Assembly (NCBI RefSeq): GCF_964194025.1
Contig: NC_134469.1
Coordinates: forward strand, 57,350,001-57,414,000
From: Convolutriloba macropyga
Lineage: Eukaryota
DNA length: 64,000 nt
Direction of reading: 5' to 3'
Notes under the pieces: generated by a model
Seen by the model: only the letters and a program-made list of their open reading frames with translations
Database searches by the model: none
Told to the model about the DNA's origin: nothing
Program-made: the position numbers and the translations under genes
Part shown: positions 24,101-34,519 of the stretch, piece by piece
How positions within the stretch are numbered: position 1 is the stretch's first letter
Layout: each line of letters begins with the position of its first letter

Positions 24101-27100
24101 CTGCTGGAGATAAAACTCATCATTTGCGTTATCATTGACGCACGTTTTCTTGTTAAAATTATGAGGTTAAAATCATTAGCTCCAATAAGATTTCTTATTT
24201 GCGAGGTCTTGTTGAGAACCGATCTTGCGTTATGTAAACATACTTTTACGCGGTCATTGACAATTTTTAAATTTGATAGTCATGTACCAATGGAGGCCAG
24301 CCATTCCCTCGCTTTCTGATTTGATTAAAATCGTGAAAACGAGATTCAACTTGATCATTATCGAATTTGAATACACAGTGCAAAGATTTCAGACGAGAAT
24401 CTTCCCTAGATATTTCACGGATACACAGTAGATCAGCTCCCTTGTTCTTGCAAAATTCTCTTATATCATCCATAGAGACAGTGTTACTTAAACGATCAAT
24501 GTAGAGATGCCGTCTTTTCGGTGGTCTTTTAAGAGTGTCGTCTGATGATTAACATTTGTGCCAGTCTTGAAAAATTTTGGTTTTCTGTCTTGAGACTCTT
24601 TGCCGGAAAGCACGTTTTCATTACCTGCAGCTTTTCGATTCTTCAATTACTATCCCTAGCAGTACTGTCAGTCCGATTTCTGAAAGCAGCTTAAGATACG
24701 GCTAATCCGGTTTCTTCAGAAAATTTATCTCCAGCTTCAGTGATTGAATTGAATTTCAGAAATCAGCGAGTCTACTTTCTCTAAATTAACCTCAAGAGCA
24801 GATATTCGATAAAGGGCTGACAACTCGGTTGTAAACGTTGGTAAACAACTCGGAAAAGACCAAAATTCCAATGCAACTTGTTCTCTGAGCAATTCCAAGG
24901 CACGATCCATGAACACATTTAGATTTACATCAAACGCAGATAACGCGCTCTTGTTCTGTACACAAACCCATGCACACAGTGCATGCCGGAGGCGGCAGGG
25001 ACAAAGACATCATTGTTTGGGACAATTAAATGCAGTCCAAAGACTGCAGTAAGCGCTAAATAAGTCCTAATTCAACGAATAAACTAAATCCTTTTTATCT
25101 AAATAAACAGCAATAAGACAAATAAATCAGTCGAACAAATGCCAAAAATTCTTGCGCCAAATGTTGACTGAGAAAATAACCTAATGTAACCAAAAGTCAA
25201 AGAATTGCGAAGAATCCTGGCGCCAAAAGTTTGATCTCGGAAGTCAGGGGTTGTGTTTCAAGGAAGCCAGGGCTTGTGTTCGTTAAATACTACACCGTTT
25301 GCAATAGTCGATTATGAAGCATACAAGTCTCTTCAGCCGGAACCTGAAATCCCCGGTAATTGGGGCTACCCAAACAAAGTCCGGCCTCTGATACAACAGT
25401 AAAAAATTACAATCAGGAGCTATTTAATAAGTTTATCAGAAAAATTAGGCTAATGAAAATATATGAAGAGGCCAGAAATTCAAACAATTTTACAAGATCA
25501 CACTGTTCAAGGCATTATAGTTATAAGATGTTACCTGCAAGAACTGTAAACCTTCACTTTCTTCTCATTTTAACATCAAAAAGTCTTCCTTATAAAAGGA
25601 CTACGTAGACATGACAAAGAAACCCAAAAAATGAACAGTATAGAAATCTCGAAAACTTTCTATTAAATTATTGGTCGAAGCAATCAATCACAACGTATAA
25701 CCAAACACGAAGAGTATTTTAATCAAGAAAATTAATTGAGATTTCTAATTGAGTTCTACTGAGATTGAGTAACATGGTTACGAAAACGAAAGCAAAAATA
25801 GTTGAAAAAAAAATTTATTTCAATTTTTAAGTCACTAAAACAACGAGCTATAAACTGAAATTTTAACTAGGTTGAGTTATACGTCCTGGGAAAGCAATTG
25901 AGACCCATCGTTACCAGGTATACAGCGTAAAACAACAAAAATAAAGATAAATACAGGCAAAAACAAAAAAAAATCAATTAAATTTTAAGAGATAACTGTC
26001 TCAACCCAAAAAGCATTAAATCCGTCAATTGGATTTGTCAAAAATGTGATAATTCGACAAGGAAACAAAAAGAACTCATAAAGTATACAATTATGCTCAA
26101 AAATTTTTTTTAAAAAAAATTGAAAACGCGTAGTATCAAAACAAAGAGACCATTAGTTGAACAAAAGACCGTTACGTACATCAATTTATAACCCAGAAGA
26201 AATCGGTTTCTGCCTGTTTTTACTGGAAGTGCGATCGAAGTTGAGAGAAAAAAAGGAAATACTTCAAAAATTCGCCAATATTTTCTTAAAACAAATTGAC
26301 TCAAAGTCATAACAGACATTAGATAAAAACTGAAAGAATAGTCTAGATTCATTTATACCTACTATAATAATTGGATTTTTAACTTGGGACAATAAGTCAT
26401 TGGGCTACAAAAGAGAACAAATGAAAGCAAAATTCAAGAAGTACATAAAAAAAATTTTACGACAACAATTGGTCATAGCCATAAAAACCATGAACTTAAC
26501 TCTGAAACCTAAAATAATCTCGTTGGGCCTCGTTTTTTGTAAATAGTTCTGTCATTGATTCAGCCCGGTAAAACAGTTTACATAGAAAAAAATTAACATA
26601 GCTGAAATCTTTTGAAGTCGCGCCCAATTAAATTCTAAAAAAATTTTATCGTAAGGATGCATGTCGAGATCAATATCAACGCAGATGCTGCTGCGCGTGT
26701 AACAAAATACTAATTTGTTTAAATTGTTGCAAAATAGATCAACTTTTAACAAAATTGTTCAATTTGTCAAAAAAATGCATTTTGAATAATTATCGAGTTT
26801 AAATTTGCAAAAAACTGGCAAAATTAAAATTGCAGAAGGCTCTTAAAGCCAGATGATATACAACTAGCTCATTTCTCAGCTTCGAAAGAATATGGCTGCA
26901 GTTTTAAGGTATCTACTTTCAGCAAATTTAAAGCAAGGGGGGCTGAAAAAGCAAATCTGGTCCCGAAAAAAGTTTTGAAAAATTTACCCTAAATTCTAGC
27001 CAAAAAAACTCGGATCGAACAATTCAGCAACCCTCCTCTATCTTTAGAAAAAAAAATGAATAGCACTACAGTTAACAATTTGAACAGATTTTAGCAATAT

Positions 27101-27105
27101 TGACG
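21150..27105 (-). repeat. Right arm of the inverted repeat (21150-21665 and about 25400-27105), interrupted by an L2 element
   Basis: AATGAGACTAGGTAAT at 21631 is close to the reverse complement of GTTACCTAGTCTCGTT at about 18390. 26680-27105 aligns by eye, inverted, to 17155-17580. Confidence 0.5.
21668..25100 (-). mobile_element. Decayed near full-length L2-clade LINE
   Basis: ORF1 remnant at about 24270-24900. APE motifs VCLHNARSVLNK, VYIYRRPN and LLVGDVNI. RT motifs YRLVTNLRVLSKVIE, DLSAAFD, GVPQGSVL and ADD. L2-type C-terminus LVLSRVDYCNS...LKQLHWL. Short (AAT)n tail at about 21668-21680. Confidence 0.9.
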
Positions 27106-28364
27106 AAAAATGTGAAAAAAAACAGCTCAATTACGTCTAATATTCACAAAATTTAAAACCTCGATAACTGCCTATAAAAAACGAAAATTAAAATTCCATA
27201 TTTTACGCTTGACGGGCTTTTTAATGATACTACTCGCAGTTCTCTACGATGATTATATCGATCGGCCAAAATTGTCTGAACAAAAAAACCCATTTGGGTA
27301 TATAGTTCCTCCCCCACTAAAGTGGGTCTTAACAAATATAATGACTTCAGTATGCGTTTTTTAAAACAATATTTCAACTTTTGACCTCTATTTGCATTTA
27401 TTTTTGGTTTGCTCCACTCATGCTCCATGCATGCTTTTAACAATCTTTATGTGTTATCTAATAAAGCTTAGTTTGAGTTAAACTTTGCTAAGCGACTTTC
27501 AGAACCCCAATTTGCATACAAATGTTGATCCTTTACAGTTGCGCCAGCAACTTTTTCTATTAGCCTCGTTCCATCTCATACTATTTATAAACGGTGATAT
27601 CAGTTTTTAGTGCAAAGCAGTAAAAGCCATACTGAAAAGCTGGATTAGTTCGCCTTGTCTCTCCCTTCATTTTTTCCCTCTTTATCAGTACCTCCTTTTC
27701 ATAGAAAAAGAAAATTTCTTTAAGGCGAGCTAAAAAAGCTTTTACCAAATCAAAATTTCGTGTAATGAGAAACTACGCAACGTTCATGACTGGTCCTTAA
27801 ATTAACTTATATTAACATCACCTTTATTTCTGCATGCGTACTTTTGATATGATTTCTAATTATAGCAAAAAAACAGGGCTCTGCAAGCCGCCGATGAGTT
27901 TACGTTCTTAAAATTCTACCATTAAAAAGCACAATCGACAATTAACTTGGAAAATGATTTTTGAAAAATTCAATCTTATTTAAAAAATATGCGCAACACA
28001 GAGTCATATTAAAATTTAAATACAAAAAAGAGCGCATGTTTCCAGTGCAAAAATATATGACAGCTCAAGCTGTGAAAATAGCTCATTTGCGAAGAATAAT
28101 TCTCGATCTGCATTGAACTATCTTGCTTCTGCAAATACAAAGCTCGAGTTCAAAAGCAACGCATAGATTTTTCAAATTAGCAGCTATTTCATTAACTTGA
28201 ATATCAAAAAATAAATAGAACGTTTTATAAAAAATATTAATTAGATGGCAGATCACCTTTTGTCAAAAAGTTTGAAAGCAGTTGAACAGACAGAAGTTAT
28301 CACGCTCGTCGCAGAGTTCATTTCAAACACTGCATTTGCTGTGCATCCATAATTGGAGATGAAA

Positions 28365-28805
28365 TTAGGCATACTTGTAGAAGAATGCCACGCACTGTCC
28401 AGCCATTGACAAGCATACAAGTGCTCCCAATCCAAACCCTAAAGATCTCTCCTTGCTTTTGCAGTTAATATAAGCAACAGAGTGAATGAACCTGGCAATG
28501 ACAAACACTCGGAAATGCCACTTTGCAACAACTGTACAAGGCCGAGTGGCACAATAAAACAGACCAAGTCCCAAAAAGGGAAGTAGATTCTCAATTTCAT
28601 TTCTATGAGCTCTCTGAACCCGTTGGACATCCTCATTAGTTTTAGCCTCGGGAAGACCATGTCTTTCGGCATCTTCCTTGTTGATGAAAGACTGCGTGGC
28701 CCTTTTGGTTTTGCCCGTCCATGCTGCTAACCCAATCATTTTAAACATTGACAATGTGCCATAGAAGGCAAAGCTTTTGAACACTTCTTCATTGTTGACA
28801 AGCAT
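28365..28805 (-). CDS. MGST1: Microsomal glutathione S-transferase 1 / prostaglandin E synthase-like MAPEG protein, copy A (146 aa)
   Basis: FINKED, VQRVQRAHRNEIENLLPFLGLG and HFRVFVIARFIHSVAY motifs, with four hydrophobic segments. Intact and intronless. Confidence 0.9.
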   Translation of the reverse strand: MLVNNEEVFKSFAFYGTLSMFKMIGLAAWTGKTKRATQSFINKEDAERHGLPEAKTNEDVQRVQRAHRNEIENLLPFLGLGLFYCATRPCTVVAKWHFRVFVIARFIHSVAYINCKSKERSLGFGLGALVCLSMAGQCVAFFYKYA

Positions 28806-29088
28806 GGTAGCAGTCTGAAAAAATAAGATTACTCTATTCTCAATTTGTCAATCACAATATTCAAACTCTACTCACTTTAACATAGAAGATCCAAAGCAAT
28901 TAAATCCTTAGAGGTATAAATGTTAATTTGAAACTAACTAGTGGAATGAATGAGTTCATATTTCTGTGAATCTATGTTTACATGAAAGATATGTTTTCTG
29001 GATATAGCCAACTGAAACCACTAATGATATTCCAGATATTCCAATAGATGTCTAAGCTTATGAGCCAGCTATTAAGGAAGCATAACAG

Positions 29089-29523
29089 CTAAGAGAAATC
29101 GAAGTAGTACATCGCGTTTTGAACCCCCATTGAGAGGCAGACAATCAAGCCCAACATAAAGCCAATCCCTCGAGCGGGTCCATGGTGGTTCAGATATGCC
29201 ACAGAATGCAAAAATCGCCCAAAAGTAAAAATCCTGAAATGCCATTTGGCAATGGCAACCCCGGGTCCACTTAAACAGTAAATGATACCCAGACCTACAA
29301 AAGGCAATATGTTTTCGATGTCATTTCGATGTGCCCTCAGAACACGTTCAACGTCTTCATTGGTACCAGGAACAGCTCCCACTCGATCGGCATCTTCCTT
29401 ATTTGGGAAGGAGCGCGTCGCATGCTTTGTTTTTCCTGTCCATAAAGCAAGTGCCATCATTTTCAATAAATTCAAAGAAGCGTAAAACGCAAAGCATTTA
29501 AAAATATCGTTATCCAAATACAT
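29089..29523 (-). CDS. MGST1: MGST1/PTGES-like MAPEG protein, copy B (144 aa)
   Basis: FPNKED, VERVLRAHRNDIENILPF and HFRIFTFGRFLHSVAY motifs. The ATG is at 29523; the track start at 29526 is a GTG. Confidence 0.9.
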   Translation of the reverse strand: MYLDNDIFKCFAFYASLNLLKMMALALWTGKTKHATRSFPNKEDADRVGAVPGTNEDVERVLRAHRNDIENILPFVGLGIIYCLSGPGVAIAKWHFRIFTFGRFLHSVAYLNHHGPARGIGFMLGLIVCLSMGVQNAMYYFDFS

Positions 29524-30288
29524 CACTTGGAACTGAAATATATTAGCTGAAATAACTAAGTCTCAATTGACCAGCAAAAATTGACAAATATCTGGATCTC
29601 ATTTAGCTTTCAACTATGCACACTGAAATCAATCTGACGACATGGGACAGCAAAAAAATTACAACAAAAATACGGGATTGTCAGAGTCAAAAAGAAAAAA
29701 TCCATTCTTTCCCCGGCTCATCAGCAAGCCAGTTCGCAGTAAACTTCCAGGAAGCTACATTTGTGTCAGAAATTTAGGGTCCTACCGAGCTTAGTGGGCA
29801 TAAAACGAAAGCGCTAAAACGCTGCGCCGAGGATGCAGAACTGAAATGAAATAAATACCAAACAGCAGGTGACGACATTCTGAAGCTTCAACGTTAAACC
29901 ATTTATCCTAGAATATAGGATTTTTTTCCATATCGAACCCCCCCCCAAGGGTCGCTTATTACCCCGGCTACAAAATGAGTTGTTACATACCCGTTATCAG
30001 AACTAAACGTTGAAATCGCAAATTTACGGTAAACTTCTTTTCGAAGAGAGTTTTTACAATTCCGACACATTTATGAATCGAATAACAGTCGATAGAATTT
30101 CCTGAGCTCTGAACTCCCTGAACCAATGTTTATTTTAAAAACACTGGCCGATGTGGGCATTATTTGCGGTCATGGTGCCCAACTAGCGGATTAAATCATG
30201 GGAACCAAAACTCCCCATCCGCACCAATAAATCCAACTATTAGCCTAATTGTTGTGATAAACTTATTAAATAGTTTCAGAGAACGAAC

Positions 30289-33200
30289 ATGACTAATTCT
30301 CAGAGTGAAGACGTACAACAGATGACTACTTCACCGAGTAAAGACGCACAAAAATGCCACATCTAAGATACCACGATCAAACACCTCTCGCAAAAGCAGA
30401 CAACAAGCGTCTATGTAGTCCATTGAGCCCGGAAGACAATGAAAGTGACCTTTCTAAAACGGTTCAAGAAGCAATTCAAGCAGCAGTAGCATCGTCAATG
30501 CCCGATATTGTGAAAACGATTCAAAATCAACTGACTACGAAAATCAAAGCCGCCGTTGATGAGAGCCTTAAAAGTTTGAGAGACATCACGTAGGAAGTTA
30601 AAGAAACAGTTTTTTACGCCGAAGAAAGAAGTGACTTGAAAGCTAAATGTGAAAGTGAAATGCTGGAATCGTACAACAGACGAGAGAATGTGCGAATAAT
30701 TGGTATGCCTGAAAGTTCTGCAGACGTTATGGACAGAGTTGTTGATCTTGCGAGTGTACTTGAGGCTGAGGTTAGTGCAAACGATATCTCTATTGCCCAT
30801 CCATTGCCGACTAAGAAGCCAGGTCCCCGTCCTCTGATCGTTTGTTTCTCCCGGAGAGTTGCAAAGGTAAATTTGTTAAGAAACAAGAAAAATCTGGAAA
30901 ACTTCGACAATCTGAAGAACGTTCGAATTTTTGAAGACATGACTGCACCTAGACTGAAGTTTTCTAATTTAATGAAGAGTGACAACAACATCGAGAAAGT
31001 TTGGTCAAGAGAAGGAACATTATACCACGTCAAAACTGGAGGTGACCATAGAGTGTATAAAATCAATTCCCTATATGATGGTGGTCAAGCCTTGGGATAC
31101 AACTTTTAAATTGTACAGAGCTGCTTTAAAGATACTCGAGTTTTTATCAGAAAAAGTCAAGAATCGGGATCCTAATCTTTCTCTTCCTCCTAGTTCTATT
31201 ATACCAACTACTATGTCTATATTAACTGTGAAAGTTCGGTAGTTAAAAAAAATCTTAATGATTTGGAAGCACTTGTTCATAGTCTTGAGTCTCCACCAAA
31301 TGTAATATGTCTCACTGAAACTTGGTTAACTGAAAACGATGACATCGATTCCTTATTGGTTCCAGGCTATAAAAATTATGCAATTAAGAATAGAAACACA
31401 CATAGCGGAGGTGTGATGATACAAATTCCATGTCCTTGTTAGAAACACACTCAACAGATATGGAAGAGACCCTTCTTGTCTCATTAGAGTACAAAAAGCA
31501 CAGCTTTAAATTGGCTACTGTCTACAATCCACCAAGAACAAACTAAACTTTGTCGAAAAATTGGAAAAATTTTTGAATGATTTAACTTCCTTAAAATGCC
31601 CTACCGTTATAACTGGTGATTTTAACATCGGCATTCATGTAAAGAACCAATTACAATCTAATTGCTTATGTACGATATCTTCTAATGATTTCGAGCTTGC
31701 CAATCTGGAAACTACCAGGGGAACTTCTAACTCAGCAACTTGCCTAGACCACTTTATATATCATAATCTTGCCAGCCCTGATTTTAGTGTACTAACTCAC
31801 GAAAACTTCTCGGATCATTATCCTATCCTAATGAAGTGGCCAATTAATGTTGATACTGAACAAAATTATCTCCCGTTTAGAGACATAAGCTTTAAAAAAG
31901 ATCAAGAGCAACTGTCGAACTACTTAACTGACTTAGACTGGAGCCTAAGGAATCGATGTCACTTTTTAGATTCTGATAGTACCAATGTATTATTCACTAA
32001 ATTCAACAACGTTTTCCTGGAAAAAACTAGCAAGTATGCTCCTCTGAAAAGCTTGACTGATAAAAATTTTTAAGGTACCGAAGTGGTTTACCAACCAACT
32101 TAAAAACTTGCGCGTCGAAAAAAATAAAGCACATCGAAGCATAAAACAAAATCAAAATAATGAGGCAGCGACAAAATTCAAATTATTACCCAACAAGTTT
32201 GAAACATGTGTCAAAAAAGCTAAAAGAGAATTTTACAGACAAAAATTTGAATCATGTATGGGAGACTCAGGGCAAACATATAAGTTAATCAATGATATAA
32301 AAGGAACGAATCGCAAAAGTTCGCAAAGATCTGCGTTAAACTCATGTAGTGAACGTTGCACTGATCCCAGCAGCGCTGACTTTGCTGAGACACATTCTTC
32401 ACCAATGTTGGTCCGAAGTTGAAAGAAAAAATTAAACATATTCCTTTACCTGAGATGAACGAAGTTAACCACTTCATGTATCTAAAACCAAAAACCATTC
32501 ACGAGGTAAGAGAAATCATTGAGAAAAAGAGAAAAATCTAGAAATAAAACTCTCATCTGGTGATGATGATGTCATAGTAAAGTTATCATCAAATATCACG
32601 ATTCCATAACTAACTCAGGTAATCAATAAATCATTTGAAGAAGGAATATTTCCCGATGATCTAAAAAAGGCTAAGGTAATTACCCTTCACAAGGATGGAT
32701 CAAAACTAGATGAAAATAACTACAGACCAATTTCTCTTCTTATTGTTTGGAGTAAAAATATAGAACGTGCTTTGTTCATTCGCATATATGCCTACATGGA
32801 GTATCTTAATTTGCTTTTCAATAGTCAATTTGGGTTTCGTGCCAAACACCGTACAATTGACGCTCTTGTTGAATTAGTCGAAAAAACATGATTGAATTGC
32901 CAAAATGAAAAGCTATCAGTTTCTTTCTTGATCTTAAAAAGCTTTTGATACCATTGAGCACAATATCTTAAAAAAGATCAAAAACACTGGTATAAGGGTC
33001 CCAGCTTTAAATTGGATAACATCATACTTAAATAGGAGACAGCAGCGGGTTGTTAATGGGGCCTGTTCATCTTGGAATTTCATAGTTTGTGGGGTTCTAC
33101 AAGGCTCAATTTTGGGTCCGTTGTTGTTCCTCATTTATATCAATGATCTGCCAACAGTTTGAAAATCTCTTGATGTTATTTTATTTGCGGATGATACAAA

Positions 33201-34510
33201 CCTCACCGCAATCAATAAAGACAATAATTCAGTGCAAGAAGATCTGCAGAACAACAATAATTGGTTGATTGCTAATAAGTTAATACTAAATATGGAAAAA
33301 ACCGTACAAATTAATATAGGGAACAAAAATAGTGCTTTCAAATCAGTGTTTAAGTTTGATGATGCTTTTATTGAAGTTCGAAATCTTTGTAAGTATCTCG
33401 GAATCTATGTAGATAGTAATTTAAGTTTTCAATCACATACAGAATACATACAGAAAAGACTCTAAAAAAATGTGGTATTATATGGAAGCTGCGTCACTAT
33501 GTACCCCGAAAACAGTTAATTGATTACAATCGAAGCAATGTTGACCCCATAATTTAATACGGTATTTTCGTATATGGTTGTTGCAGTTATTCGTCGCTTT
33601 TACATATCTACAATCTGCAGAAAAAAATCATTTATTTCAGGAAATTGTCAGTTGGTTCCAGGGATATTTTTATCTCTAATAAATTGCTAACAGTATTCGA
33701 GTTTCATATATATGAGCTGCTGAAATTTGACCTGAAATCATTGAAAAAGATGTATAGCGAAACTTATCTAAATGAACTCTTTGAATATGAGCATGGTACC
33801 AGAAACACTAGAAAGTTTACCAAAAATTACCTAAAAGTTCCCTCCTTTAAAAAGCAGTTTGAGCGCTCCTCCATTTCATATCGTTGTGCAAGGTTATTTA
33901 ACATATTGAGAAAGAATGAAGTTCTAGCACAAAATATTGAAAACGAAAATTTGCTAAAAAATATCGCAATTTTATCAAAAATTCAAAGAAAGTTACTTGC
34001 TGAATAATGAGGAGCTAGTATCCTATAATTTTAAATAATTTTTTCTTACTTTTCTTTTCCATGAACTCTAGTCAAATAATTATTTCGGCACTTACTTCGT
34101 AAGTGCCGAGGCTTCAAAAATGGTATTATTTTTGCAAAATAACGAAGTCTACACATAGAAAATCGACGAAGAAAATCGAACTGCAGGCAAAAAATTTATG
34201 TTTTTTAATTAATACATAGTAACCAGGAATCAACAGCTCTCGCGTTAGCAAAGACACAGTGTAAGTCGTTCTTCCGATTAAGCATTGTTCCCTGTTCATG
34301 TATCTATGACAGCGTTCTGAGGTTTGTTTGCCTTGGCGTTTGCACCGGAGACCTGGTCAGGAGATGTTAAATATTTAACTGTAACTATTTAACTTTAGCC
34401 AGGGCAGATACTAGGTGGGTTTAATAACCCCGTCTATCTGTCCTCTCCGAGATACTTTTTGTTGTTATGTTATATGAAAAAATAAATTTTCAATTTAAAT
34501 TGATTTAATT
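30289..34510 (+). mobile_element. Decayed full-length CR1-group LINE (ORF1 + APE/RT ORF2)
   Basis: ORF1 30289-31109 has a coiled coil followed by ESYNRRENVRIIG..ISIAHPLP..RPLIVCF..IFEDMT. ORF2 (about 31130-34010) has ICLTETWL, YNPP, ITGDFNI, CLDH, SDH, NYRPISLL, KAFDT, GVLQGSILGPLLFL, LFADDT and KYLGIYVD. The 3'UTR has stem-loops and AATAAA at about 34481. Confidence 0.9.
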
Positions 34511-34519
34511 TGCTGTCTA

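Noticed and set aside
30145-30225. Stem-loops or pseudoknot upstream of LINE ORF1 as an HDV-like ribozyme
   Set aside because: Pairings exist, but I cannot fit the P1/P1.1/P2/P3/P4 topology or the catalytic C.
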